From positions 31,020 through 95,019 of the IMG/VR virus record IMGVR_UViG_3300021197_001442: DNA of 64,000 bases; one strand, written 5' to 3'. Below the pieces are notes generated by a model that was not told the DNA's origin, did no database searches, and saw nothing but the letters and a program-made list of their open reading frames with translations. A program made the position numbers and the translations under genes. Shown here one piece after another: positions 1 through 9,765 of this stretch. Every line of letters begins with the position of its first letter. Position 1 is the stretch's first letter. The stretch comes from a virus.

Positions 1-1
1 T

Positions 2-1396
2 CTCCTGACCTTTGGACTTCTTGGTATACTTGTCTGACTGACGGTGGATATTCCACACAGTCCCATCTTCCGTCATAAGCTCCAAGTCACCGCTGGCGTA
101 TTCCTTGTCCCAGTTAATAACGTTCAGATTCTTACGCTCATTCTTAGACGTTGTGTTGAACATTGTGTACAGCAAGCTATCAATGATGCTTGATTTACCA
201 GAGAAGTTCTTACCAAAAATTCCAACTATGCCATTGAGGTTGGCGAAGTCAACCACATTATCCTCGCCATAATTGAAGAGGTTGTCAAACTTAAGACTAC
301 GTATCTTCCAGTTGACGTTTCTAAGAATCTCTTCTTTCTCTTCGGCCATTAAATTATACTTGTCATTTAGCTCAAGTATCTTGGCTAGTGCGCTAGTATT
401 AAGTTGATAGTCTGAAAGGAATTCCTTGATCAATCTTCTTTGGACAACAATATCTCTGAGGTCATCATGATGAATATCCTCGACTGTATCGTCTGCTAAG
501 CTGCGCTGTCCGATATTCCTGTTAAGGAACGTGGTACTCTCTGGCTTAAACTTATGTTGAGCAACATCAACAGCCTTCTTCATATCTTCTAGCGTTATGC
601 TCTCGTTAGAAACAATACGAATACGAGCACCGCTCTGTACCTCGATGTTGGGTACCTTACCATTTTCTAGCTCGATCGTAACAAACGGCTTAGGGTTTCT
701 AAATGTGACAGGTTTAACTGTAAAGTTATCGCGGTCTTGTATATCCCATATTAAGATGCCCTTATCTTCTGTCTCCCCAAAACCTTGCTGGATCGTTGAG
801 CCAGCATATCGGATCTTGCCGGCTCTATCCATAACCTGAGCTTTGTGAATATCTCCTAGAAAGGCATAATCAAATTCTTCAAAGATTCCCACCTCGTGCT
901 CGCCATTCTCCATCACCCAACCGCTGTCTGTCTGGCAGTTGGAAATAGAGCCATGGTACAAAGCAATGTTTACATTGTCATAGTTTGATGGATCGTCCCA
1001 TCCTTCTTCATCAAACACGGACAGCACGTTAAGCGCAAAACCATCCCTCAGGTACACTTCCTGCGAGTCCTTGAGTAGGTGCAGGCTTGGGTGCTCCAGA
1101 GCCTCTACGATAGGTGTGAGGGCGTCTAAGCGCCCTGTATTCTTGAGGTTGCCGTCATGGTTGCCCAAGATGACATAGGTGGGGGCTATGTCAGCTAGCT
1201 TACTTAGAAAATCAGAGCACATGTCCACAAATTCTGGTGAGATCTGTGTCTTTGTATGTGCAATATCACCACAGTGAATAATGTAATCTACCTTCTCTTC
1301 TCTTAGGCAGTCGTACAACTGTTCAAATACTGCCTTATATTCCTTATGATATCTTAAATTCCTGATGTGTGTATCAGCTATATGTGCAAATTTCAC
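2..1396 (-). CDS. Fused Mre11/SbcD nuclease - Rad50/SbcC ATPase (T4 gp47-gp46-like); runs off the window start
   Basis: Not in the ORF track; translated by hand from GTG at 1396, which overlaps the upstream TAG. Metallophosphoesterase motifs AHIADTH, HCGDIAH, LGNHD, LYHG and LGDIH are followed in frame by WKIRSLKFDNLFNYG and Walker A GKNFSGKS (~191-214). Confidence 0.92.
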   Translation of the reverse strand, partial: MKFAHIADTHIRNLRYHKEYKAVFEQLYDCLREEKVDYIIHCGDIAHTKTQISPEFVDMCSDFLSKLADIAPTYVILGNHDGNLKNTGRLDALTPIVEALEHPSLHLLKDSQEVYLRDGFALNVLSVFDEEGWDDPSNYDNVNIALYHGSISNCQTDSGWVMENGEHEVGIFEEFDYAFLGDIHKAQVMDRAGKIRYAGSTIQQGFGETEDKGILIWDIQDRDNFTVKPVTFRNPKPFVTIELENGKVPNIEVQSGARIRIVSNESITLEDMKKAVDVAQHKFKPESTTFLNRNIGQRSLADDTVEDIHHDDLRDIVVQRRLIKEFLSDYQLNTSALAKILELNDKYNLMAEEKEEILRNVNWKIRSLKFDNLFNYGEDNVVDFANLNGIVGIFGKNFSGKSSIIDSLLYTMFNTTSKNERKNLNVINWDKEYASGDLELMTEDGTVWNIHRQSDKYTKKSKGQE

Positions 1397-2805
1397 TAAT
1401 TTTCCTTATCTTTGATTATTTTATTACTTCGATATTTAATTGTAGCGGCTCTCTTTTTAGCCTCTTGGGCAAAATCAGCCCTATCTATTTTTGGATTTGC
1501 AATATAGTTCCTCATTATACAGGACAACTCCCCTATTGAACTATAAATGTGTGTTAACCCGTCCTCCATTTCCTTTAACAAATTCTCGGCTATATCTTCC
1601 AGTTTCTCAGTGCTGGGTAGGTCTAGCGAGGATGATTCTACCCCGCCATCGTCACTTAGGATATATTTTTTCATATCAATAGAGATTATAAATTTTTCAC
1701 CATTTTTGCCCTCGCGGTCGGTTTTGATTCCTGAGCCGTGAGTGAACCCAGCATCAGACAACAATTTGTATGTTTCCGAAAGTTTCGATGAAAAAGCCCT
1801 TCTAATATACTTGTTACCTAATATTAAATCGCTGATGGTAGGATCTTTACGTAGTTTTACCAAATCCTCTAGCCGGGCTCTAGTTGCGACTAGTTGTTCA
1901 ACAAAAGCTCTCCTACTAATCTCCGTGCCTGGCCCTAGAGCTTTAGACAATATAATCATATCTTGTTGGACCTCTCCGGAGATTTGTCCCCCTTCCTTAT
2001 TGATACTTTTCAGATCTGATAGTATCTGGCCCGCGCCCATCAAATAGTGAGAGGTCTTTAAATCGAATATTATTGCTTCTTGTAAAGCAGCCCTATCTAC
2101 TGGGGATGGAGAAAAAAATCTAAAATTTAACAGTCGCGTCGAAGGGAGTGGTCCTTTTGTAGCAGAGCCCTTATTGACTAGTAAAAAATCGATTTGTCCT
2201 TTAGCTCTTACTAGTTCTTGTAAATATAAAATATAACTTCCACCAGCTTTAAAGTCGTCTTTTAGTTTTAAGCTAATACCTCGATTTTCAAGGTTAGGTA
2301 GTCTAATATCACTTATAACCTTGGTTCCGCCTTCCTGTTCGCCCTTCAAAACACCAGCGATCAATGGCTCAAGCAACAGCCCAGCCATCTGCGGTTCATA
2401 AGCATCAACGTTTACTAGGCTTATCATAGTGTCTAAAAATATAAATCTTGACAGTACTTCGTTTAGATCTAAACTTTTGTTTTGAGAAACCATCATAGCT
2501 TCGGAAAGTTTATTTTGTAGCTCGATTATCCGTCCTTTAACAGTGTTGGAAGTTAATTCTATGCTCTCTATAATATCTCTGAACTGTCTTGCTTCTAAAT
2601 TAGAGTTTTGTCTTTTCCCTACTAATTTATTGAGAGGGAGTCTTGGATATCTTGGTATTTTTTCGCACCCTTTTAAGAGCGCATTCTGATCTGATTGGTC
2701 GGAATTGCCGACCTCTGACTCGGTCAGCAGCCCCTTTTTTTCTGATTCCTCACGTAGTGATTTCTTAACAAAAGACATGATGTCTTCATCTGATATTTTG
2801 AACAT
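1396..2805 (-). CDS. Hypothetical 469-aa protein with a possible PD-(D/E)XK-like nuclease fold; possibly virion-packaged
   Basis: Long ORF with AAGGAG SD. Motif spacing GLLLEPLIAG...SDI...GISLKLK; N-terminal leader MFKISDEDIMSFVKKSLREE. Confidence 0.5.
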   Translation of the reverse strand: MFKISDEDIMSFVKKSLREESEKKGLLTESEVGNSDQSDQNALLKGCEKIPRYPRLPLNKLVGKRQNSNLEARQFRDIIESIELTSNTVKGRIIELQNKLSEAMMVSQNKSLDLNEVLSRFIFLDTMISLVNVDAYEPQMAGLLLEPLIAGVLKGEQEGGTKVISDIRLPNLENRGISLKLKDDFKAGGSYILYLQELVRAKGQIDFLLVNKGSATKGPLPSTRLLNFRFFSPSPVDRAALQEAIIFDLKTSHYLMGAGQILSDLKSINKEGGQISGEVQQDMIILSKALGPGTEISRRAFVEQLVATRARLEDLVKLRKDPTISDLILGNKYIRRAFSSKLSETYKLLSDAGFTHGSGIKTDREGKNGEKFIISIDMKKYILSDDGGVESSSLDLPSTEKLEDIAENLLKEMEDGLTHIYSSIGELSCIMRNYIANPKIDRADFAQEAKKRAATIKYRSNKIIKDKEN

Positions 2806-2806
2806 A

Positions 2807-3748
2807 CTATAAACTCCTTACTCTCTGGAGTAAATAGTTATCTGTGCTCATTACGGTTGCACGTTGTTTTCTAATTTCTAAAACATCTCTTGGCATTTCT
2901 GCTATATCCTCATAGCCATGAAGATTAATTAGATATGTTTCTACACCATATCTCATCAAATGCCCTGCTATAGCCGATGTCTTCTTCCTGTCCATTTCAG
3001 TGTTGTCATCTAGAGCAAGGTACACTTTAGGATCATGGCGAACAAGGTTCTGGAATAGCTTAGACTCAATGCGAAGGGTTGAGCCGTTCAAAGGGATAGC
3101 TGTGCCTACAGATTGTGCTCTGATAGCATCAAAGGCACCCTCAACAAGAATTACATCTTTGTCCCAGTCAACGTAGAGTTCGTTAAACACTATATTTCTG
3201 TTGACCTCAGGATTCTTATACCTCATCCAATCACCGCTGTAGGAGCGGGCAACAAAGAAGTTTGCGTATCCTGTCATGCCAAACGAGGGTATAATGATTC
3301 TGTTTCTGTACTTGCCTTCAGAGCAGTAGCCTATCTTCCACCGCACAATGTCAGCTTTTGTTACACCACGCTTTCTTAGATAGTTCATAGCGTTGTTACC
3401 TGCAAGAGGTACATCATTAGCTAAGGAGATAAACTCTTTTGGAAGATGGATCTTTTCTTCCTTCTCCTCTTCCGGTTCCTTGAATATATCTTCAAAGCCG
3501 TTGATCTCAACCTTGTTTGTAAGTACACGCCACCTCTGTACGTCGTTGAAAGATCCGTGCTTACGGATGACTTGGTAGAGGTCGGTGCCTCTTGTGTCAC
3601 AGACCCAGCACTTGTATACATTCTTATCTACGTTAACAGAGAACTTTCTTTTGTGGTGCCCGCAGTATGGGCATAAAAAAAGATGTTCTTGGTTTGACAC
3701 ACGGTACTGACCAAGAACATCTTTTAGGATTTGCAGTTTTTCTCTCAT
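2807..3748 (-). CDS. DNA primase (zinc finger + TOPRIM)
   Basis: CPYCGH...YKCWVC zinc-binding domain, YLRKRG, RIIIP, RYKNP, and TOPRIM motifs VEGAFDAI and LALDD. Confidence 0.92.
   Translation of the reverse strand: MREKLQILKDVLGQYRVSNQEHLFLCPYCGHHKRKFSVNVDKNVYKCWVCDTRGTDLYQVIRKHGSFNDVQRWRVLTNKVEINGFEDIFKEPEEEKEEKIHLPKEFISLANDVPLAGNNAMNYLRKRGVTKADIVRWKIGYCSEGKYRNRIIIPSFGMTGYANFFVARSYSGDWMRYKNPEVNRNIVFNELYVDWDKDVILVEGAFDAIRAQSVGTAIPLNGSTLRIESKLFQNLVRHDPKVYLALDDNTEMDRKKTSAIAGHLMRYGVETYLINLHGYEDIAEMPRDVLEIRKQRATVMSTDNYLLQRVRSL
2831..2838 (-). promoter_or_regulatory. Putative late promoter motif ACTATTTA
   Basis: 26 nt upstream of the ATG at 2805, inside the 3' end of the primase gene. The same motif precedes several other genes at similar spacing. 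Confidence 0.5.
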
Positions 3749-3754
3749 GCCATG

Positions 3755-3783
3755 AGTATAGCATAAAGAGATAATCTAGTCAA
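3755..3783 (-). promoter_or_regulatory. Sigma70-type promoter of the primase gene
   Basis: TTGACT (3783-3778), 17-nt spacer, TATACT (3760-3755), filling the short intergenic gap. Confidence 0.8.
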
Positions 3784-3787
3784 GCAT

Positions 3788-6664
3788 CTAACCCTTGATT
3801 AATTTTTGCCAACGACGCTTGACCGACTCTTCTAACTGTGCTTCTTCCGCTTCTCTTTCAAACTCATCAGGTTCGCTATCATACACTCCTGCTTGAATCT
3901 TTTCTGTTTCTATTCGAATCTCTTCGGCTTTTCGCTTCAATTCTTCATTTTGCTCGACAGTCGCATCTTCTCCCTGTTCAATCACACTCTGGCTAAGCAA
4001 CAGCAATGTGATCATCTCGCCAATCTGCTTAATTGCTTTTTTTCTGTTGCCAGCGGGGCCTCTAGCAAACATACGTTTGCCAAAATCAGCAATGCTGCCT
4101 GGTAAAAACTTATCCGCCTTACTGAAGTCATAAACAACCGTTTTAGTCGGCCCTTTCTTTGCCTTGAGCGCCTTCTCGATGTTTTTTAGGTCCTTAACTA
4201 CCTTACCAATGGCAGGGCCAGCAGCCGTCATCGCAACTGCACTCCTTCTTCTCGCTGTGGTCGTAAGAGGCTCAGCAGGCTCTTCAGCAGCAGGCTCTTC
4301 AGCAGCAGGCTCTGGTTCGGTAGCAGGTTGTGCCTGGCTGTTTAAATAGCTAGCAATAGCTGTGGGCCCTCTTTCTGTTCCACGTCCATCAATACCTTTC
4401 CAGCCATCAGCTTGGCTTGCGCGATACCACTGCACAAAAGATCTAAAGCTGGAGTTGCTAGGAAGCGCGACAGCCTCACTTATGGTCGTGCCGCCGCCGG
4501 TCGCTGCTAGCCAGGCTTTCGCCATTGCTTTGTGCGCCTCATCCTTCGACGCAAATGCCTTCCAATCATTTGGTAAATCACTCGCGTCCATCCCAGTTGT
4601 TCTCGATGTCGCTCTAGATAAATTCTGGGCTGTGCCTTGGCCAGAGCTTGTCCCGAGAGGAGGTGGTGATGGTCTTTGAATTCCTACTTGATCTGCAACT
4701 CCTCCGTCAGCAAAAGTGTATTTTCCAGTGGCCATAGCCTGTGACATTCTAGATGTTAGTCCTAGAATGCCCACCAGGCCGCCTGACAAAAATATATCAT
4801 TCATTTTACTTTCAAATGTTTGCCTTAATCTTGGGTTGCCAACTGTAATCCTTTTCATAAATGTTAATATAGACCGGGTCAATAGATCTACCACATATTT
4901 TAATTGGTTGTCTGTTAACCCGTCTAACATGTTTGGATCTGGAAGAGGCCCTTCCGGGTAACCAAATCTGGTTTCTTCCTTCATTTTTTCCATTATACCG
5001 TACATTTCGGACCCAGTAATATTAGGGGTTACCCTCTTTATACTATCATATAAAGAACTGATGTATCTGTCCATGTCCAAAGCTTCGCGTGGTTGTTCGG
5101 CCAGAATAGCTTTGGTTTCTTCCAAGATAACAGACATAAATTGTCTTTCTGTAATTTTCATCTTCTTTGATCTCCTTTGTTGTCTTTCAATTCTTTTAGC
5201 CAATCTAACCTGCAAATTATCTTTTGCTCTTTGTATTCTAGCCTTAAGCTTTTCGCTGTTCTTTGCCTTTGGCAATAAACTTTCTAATCTTTCAATTTTC
5301 TTCACTAAAGCAGGAAATGGCAACGAGTTATCCGAACCCTGCTCAGTTTGCTGTCCGAACTGTTCCGGTTTTAGTGGTAATAAGTCACCAGCTTCAGCAT
5401 CATTTATTTCTTGTTCGACTGAGCTTTCGATTAGCTCTTCCATAGTTTGTTTATCAACTCGACCAGTCACTTCTAGCTGATTTCTTTTTTGAAAATCAGT
5501 TACTGCCTTTTCTGTTCTAGGTCCAAAGTAACCATCTTTTCCAATTCTAATACCTGCGGTTTGTAACAATCCTTGTAAGACCCTAACTATTCCTTCCTGT
5601 TGACCACCAGAAGGTAAGGATCTATCAAACTTTTTCAAGACCCCTTTATTATTTAAAATGTCTTCTTGTGTAAGACTAGTCAGTTGGTATGTTGGTTTAA
5701 CATTTGTACTAACCGCTGTTTGGGCCTGCTTGCGTGCCTCTTCTGGCGTGCTGCCCTCTTTTTCAACCTCGGCAGCCGCTTGCTTCTCTGTCTCAGCAAC
5801 CCCGCTTAATACAATTTTATTAGCATTAACGGCAGAAGATACCACCCTGTCAATAAGACTTAAAAGTGCTTTTTCTGCTTCAGATTCACTTTTGATAGGA
5901 AACCGATCTTCCGTACTAATATCTCTAGCGTACTGCCATTCAGAAGCGACCACCTTTTTGACTAGGCTGGCCAATGAATTCTTCATGGATTCTTGCTTTA
6001 TTGGGGTTGGGTTAATCGGATTGTTTAGTACTGTCAACTTATTAGCTTGCTGGATAAATACCTGCCTTCTGCCAATCGCTTCTGTACTTGGATTACTAGG
6101 TGTATAATCTATAGTTCCAGACGTTGGCATCTGTCCCGATAATATTTTATCTAGCCCAAGAGTTGGAATGTACTCTTTTGCTCTGCTATAAAAATCTGTT
6201 GCATTAAAAATGTAACTACAACATTCTGTTAAGAAATTTGTATACTCTTGTGAGTAAACAACCATTGAATCTTTTAACGGCTCAGATGCATCCTCCGGTA
6301 TTAATTTAAGTATTTTCTCTGAGTCGGGGTTTGAACTGAGTTGCTGCGCCCAGGCTTGTAAACTATTAGCTATATATGCAGAGGTTGGAACACCAACAAA
6401 AGCAGTCTGCTTTAGGCTAAACTCTCCCCCTCTTGTAAACATCACTCTGCCAAGACTCTTGAGCGCTGGCCCTAAAACTCTAGTGCCAAGCCACCTCAAT
6501 GCTCCACCTGAACCAACAGCTGCTCTAGCACCCAAAGATCCAAGAGCAACAGCAGCTGCTGGTAACGCTTCACCTAACTGTTGTCTTTCCTCTATAAGAG
6601 ATTTGGTTTCTTCCGATATGATTTGAGAAATTTGTTCTTCTGTTAATTCTAGTTTTAGGGTCAT
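3788..6664 (-). CDS. 958-aa protein with a peptidoglycan-binding (PG_binding_1-like) domain; probable head/ejection protein
   Basis: VRVLQGLL...DGYFGPRTEKAVTDFQKRNQLEVTGRVDKQT (~5433-5587) fits PG_binding_1. Repeated leader motif and low-complexity linkers. Confidence 0.7.
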   Translation of the reverse strand: MTLKLELTEEQISQIISEETKSLIEERQQLGEALPAAAVALGSLGARAAVGSGGALRWLGTRVLGPALKSLGRVMFTRGGEFSLKQTAFVGVPTSAYIANSLQAWAQQLSSNPDSEKILKLIPEDASEPLKDSMVVYSQEYTNFLTECCSYIFNATDFYSRAKEYIPTLGLDKILSGQMPTSGTIDYTPSNPSTEAIGRRQVFIQQANKLTVLNNPINPTPIKQESMKNSLASLVKKVVASEWQYARDISTEDRFPIKSESEAEKALLSLIDRVVSSAVNANKIVLSGVAETEKQAAAEVEKEGSTPEEARKQAQTAVSTNVKPTYQLTSLTQEDILNNKGVLKKFDRSLPSGGQQEGIVRVLQGLLQTAGIRIGKDGYFGPRTEKAVTDFQKRNQLEVTGRVDKQTMEELIESSVEQEINDAEAGDLLPLKPEQFGQQTEQGSDNSLPFPALVKKIERLESLLPKAKNSEKLKARIQRAKDNLQVRLAKRIERQQRRSKKMKITERQFMSVILEETKAILAEQPREALDMDRYISSLYDSIKRVTPNITGSEMYGIMEKMKEETRFGYPEGPLPDPNMLDGLTDNQLKYVVDLLTRSILTFMKRITVGNPRLRQTFESKMNDIFLSGGLVGILGLTSRMSQAMATGKYTFADGGVADQVGIQRPSPPPLGTSSGQGTAQNLSRATSRTTGMDASDLPNDWKAFASKDEAHKAMAKAWLAATGGGTTISEAVALPSNSSFRSFVQWYRASQADGWKGIDGRGTERGPTAIASYLNSQAQPATEPEPAAEEPAAEEPAEPLTTTARRRSAVAMTAAGPAIGKVVKDLKNIEKALKAKKGPTKTVVYDFSKADKFLPGSIADFGKRMFARGPAGNRKKAIKQIGEMITLLLLSQSVIEQGEDATVEQNEELKRKAEEIRIETEKIQAGVYDSEPDEFEREAEEAQLEESVKRRWQKLIKG
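4273..4313. repeat. 15-bp tandem repeat (~2.7 copies) encoding an EPAAE linker
   Basis: CAGCAGGCTCTTCAG twice plus a partial copy; protein reads EPAAEEPAAEEPAE. Confidence 0.85.
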
Positions 6665-7194
6665 TCTGCTGTTTCTCCGATTATATGATAACAGGCCTTT
6701 GCTATGATCAAGCTATCTGCTCTATCGTATGAAGCTGGCTTTGGGTTTCCTTTGCTAGTATATTCAATAGTAAAAGAATCTTCGTTCTTCAATAAATAGT
6801 CTAAAACAACTTCTTTTGCCTTTTGACCTCTGGATACTTTAATGCCGTTTAGCTTTCTTGCTTGTGCTGGAGATATGTGTACTGGGCTAAACCCAAAAGC
6901 GTCATGACACAACCAAGATGTAATTCCGTTGAATGCCTGTAGTTTAGCCATTGTCTTGGCTGTTGAGCCGCCTGCACGGAAGAACACAAACGGCTCCTCT
7001 ATATAAACATGTTTTATTTTATGAGACTTGCTAATTTCTTCCAGCTTATCTCTAACATGCATAGCTTTACTGTAGAGATCCGGAAAGTATCTTTTGTTCC
7101 GTAGGTCCCAAGCTTCACATTCTATTAATTTTGCATCCTCATCTAATATCGTATAACCTATAATTGAGGTGCTAACGTCTAGCCCTAATATCAT
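6661..7194 (-). CDS. RuvC-like Holliday junction resolvase
   Basis: Acidic catalytic motifs ILGLDVS, VYIEE and DRADS. Confidence 0.85.
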   Translation of the reverse strand: MILGLDVSTSIIGYTILDEDAKLIECEAWDLRNKRYFPDLYSKAMHVRDKLEEISKSHKIKHVYIEEPFVFFRAGGSTAKTMAKLQAFNGITSWLCHDAFGFSPVHISPAQARKLNGIKVSRGQKAKEVVLDYLLKNEDSFTIEYTSKGNPKPASYDRADSLIIAKACYHIIGETAE

Positions 7195-8606
7195 ATATCC
7201 AACTTAACCTTAAATGTAAATTCCCTATCCTCTGTCTTCTTAACAGGTTTTGCAATAGTTGTCACGCCAATTAAGTTTTTATTTTCATCATACAAACCTA
7301 TCTTGGAGATATATGTTTCTTTTGCAAAACTTGCTGTTGGCGTGGTGTATGATGAACTAACTAGATTAACGACAGGCAGGCTTGGCTCGCCGTAGATCAC
7401 AGAGCTTGTGGCACTTGCATAATATCCAGTGGCTGTACTGCGGCTTAGGTATGTTGGGTTGTTTGAATAGTTTAGTTGTCCCTTAGGGGCGTGTGCTAGC
7501 ATGGTTACGACGGGCACCTCGTTAGACCCGGAGAAGAGCAAGGCATAGCTTGCTGAAGCCCTTGTAGTAGCACCCTCGCCATCCGTAGGGATACCGTCGT
7601 TAGCCCCAACTGCAAAGTATAGCCATGATGAGGTCACAGCAGTCCCAGCGTTCTTATAATCTAACGAAGCATCAGACGAAGGCCCAGTGGTCTGTAGATC
7701 CCAACTGCCAGTAAGTATAACGAATCCTTCTTCGTACAGGGCTATACCAGCAACGCTGCCCGATCCTTCACTGCCCTCTGGGCCAACTTGTATAAGTTCA
7801 CCGTTCTTGTTCTCGTCTCTTAGTTGTCCTATCAAAGTTCCTGTCAGGTAGTAATTTAAGTTTATGGTTCCTCGCTCTATCTCAGAACCGTAAAAAATAC
7901 TTGGAATACTAATCAAGTTTACAGGCACCTCGTCTAGATCTCTACTGTAACCGCTTCCAAACGTAGCAGAGTAGCGATAGTGTGGGCTCATAAAAGACTT
8001 AGAATTGATTGAGTTCTTTAGTGAGTTTATGTGAGACGATGATAGTAGTCCTTTTAATCTCTCAAATCTGTCTGCGCTAGTCCTAGCCACAACGCCTAAA
8101 CTAGTCACTGTGTCAGTTGTATTATAGTCTGGTAGGCCTTCACTGGTTGTGTCACCGCCTTGTAGCGATAGTGGTATACCAAGGTGCTCAACTCTTTCGT
8201 CAACAATAACCGTTTCGTTATTTGTCCTCATTGTTGCAAAATGGTTTGTATCAAAAAACTCTCTTGTTATAGAGGCAGACAATGGATAGGTGGCACCGCT
8301 TATATCAGTACCGTAATCAGTTGAATAAAAATCACTTGTAGACACCGTTTTAAAGGTTGTTAAAGAACTACCTTTAGTTATAAAAGGGAATACAAGACCA
8401 GTATCATCAGCAGTCCTATCAATATTTAATTCATATAAGCTGATGTGGCCAGCAGGAACATTGGTAACATTTGATACAAATGCTCCTGCCACCTCTCCAC
8501 GATTATTATAAAATATTTGTGAGTTATAAACATCAAACTTACATGATGGGCTTGTGTCTAAGAAATTTACAAATAAGTCATTTTGATTAAATTTGTAAAA
8601 TGACAT
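7191..8606 (-). CDS. Virion structural protein (baseplate/tail-fibre attachment), paralog of 8616-9752
   Basis: C-terminal NYSNNPTY and YISKIGLYDENKNLIGV...KPVKK resemble tail-collar/fibre-anchor motifs. Ser/Thr-rich. Confidence 0.65.
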   Translation of the reverse strand: MSFYKFNQNDLFVNFLDTSPSCKFDVYNSQIFYNNRGEVAGAFVSNVTNVPAGHISLYELNIDRTADDTGLVFPFITKGSSLTTFKTVSTSDFYSTDYGTDISGATYPLSASITREFFDTNHFATMRTNNETVIVDERVEHLGIPLSLQGGDTTSEGLPDYNTTDTVTSLGVVARTSADRFERLKGLLSSSHINSLKNSINSKSFMSPHYRYSATFGSGYSRDLDEVPVNLISIPSIFYGSEIERGTINLNYYLTGTLIGQLRDENKNGELIQVGPEGSEGSGSVAGIALYEEGFVILTGSWDLQTTGPSSDASLDYKNAGTAVTSSWLYFAVGANDGIPTDGEGATTRASASYALLFSGSNEVPVVTMLAHAPKGQLNYSNNPTYLSRSTATGYYASATSSVIYGEPSLPVVNLVSSSYTTPTASFAKETYISKIGLYDENKNLIGVTTIAKPVKKTEDREFTFKVKLDI

Positions 8607-8615
8607 AGAGTCCTC

Positions 8616-9752
8616 CTAGTAATCTAAGCGGACTCTTAATGTTAACTCATTAGATGGGTCTTTCTTAATTGGCTCAGAAAGCTTTGCGACTGCCATAAGC
8701 TCATTATCCGCCGAATAGAGTCCTACTGTAGTAATATAGCTGTGGGGGTCGGTGCCAACAGAGCCATCTTTAATAACTATTTCACTTGGCCCACCAGAAG
8801 AAGTTGACAGGTAGGTGGGGTTGGCGCTATAGTTAAACTCTGAGTTGTTTACTCGACAGAAGTAGATCGTTGAGTTAAGTTCAGTAGTATTGTTGAACTG
8901 AAGATTATACAATCTATTTCTTAAGTTGTCCGCCATAACGTCATTCGTAGACGCTGTAATTGTGTTGAAGCCAGTCACAGATGCGCCCGCTGGGCTGTAT
9001 GTAACGGTGCCCACACCAGTGTTCAGAATTCCTCCATCGTCTGAATCTGAGAAGATCGACCCACTCAACACAGCAACGCCAGCCTGGTAGAAGAGGAGTC
9101 CAACAGCAAACCTCCTATTGGCACTCAAAACAGCGTCAACATCGGTGGATGATGTGGCGTATAAAACTCCGTACTCTCCCGCTGGGGAGTTAACAAAATA
9201 CCCATCAGATCCTGAGAAATCGGTGATTATGAGTCTTTCACCAGAAGCCGGGCCATGGGCAAACCCATCAGCGGTCATTACCTGCATCTCAAAGGTACCT
9301 TTCTTAATTTCATCCTTAGTTAAAATTCTAGAAAAGTTTACAAAATAGCATTCCCTGAGTTTTGTTCCACCAGCAACAATATTTCCATCCTCATCAAACA
9401 ACCTAACAGAGCCCGTCTCATCATACCCCATAAGTACCTGTGCCATCTGGTTGTAGATGTTAATTTTCTTGGAAGTTTGTGAAGTTGTAGATGAGCTAAG
9501 AGCACTTGAATCAGCAATACCAGACGTAATATCGAATATATGGTTAGCTGATGAGCTTAGGTGTGGATAGTCAAAGACACTCTGGAACATGCCATGTGAG
9601 TATGTCTTAATATGTGGCTCCGATCCTAGTGCGACAGCGTCTCCACCATAAGTACCGGACACGATACTGCCTGTAACTGGGATCGACTCATGTAAAAGAG
9701 TTCTTGTCGAAGTAGCATCGCCAGATGCTAGTGATTTAAAACTTGATGCCAT
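8616..9752 (-). CDS. Virion structural protein (baseplate/tail-fibre attachment)
   Basis: C-terminal NYSANPTY and YITTVGLYSADNELMAVAKLSEPIKK; lies in the tail module. Confidence 0.65.
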   Translation of the reverse strand: MASSFKSLASGDATSTRTLLHESIPVTGSIVSGTYGGDAVALGSEPHIKTYSHGMFQSVFDYPHLSSSANHIFDITSGIADSSALSSSTTSQTSKKINIYNQMAQVLMGYDETGSVRLFDEDGNIVAGGTKLRECYFVNFSRILTKDEIKKGTFEMQVMTADGFAHGPASGERLIITDFSGSDGYFVNSPAGEYGVLYATSSTDVDAVLSANRRFAVGLLFYQAGVAVLSGSIFSDSDDGGILNTGVGTVTYSPAGASVTGFNTITASTNDVMADNLRNRLYNLQFNNTTELNSTIYFCRVNNSEFNYSANPTYLSTSSGGPSEIVIKDGSVGTDPHSYITTVGLYSADNELMAVAKLSEPIKKDPSNELTLRVRLDY

Positions 9753-9765
9753 TATATGCCTTCCT

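Noticed and set aside
4273-4313. 15-bp tandem repeat as a regulatory or CRISPR-like repeat
   Set aside because: In-frame, spacer-less and encoding a simple EPAAE linker.
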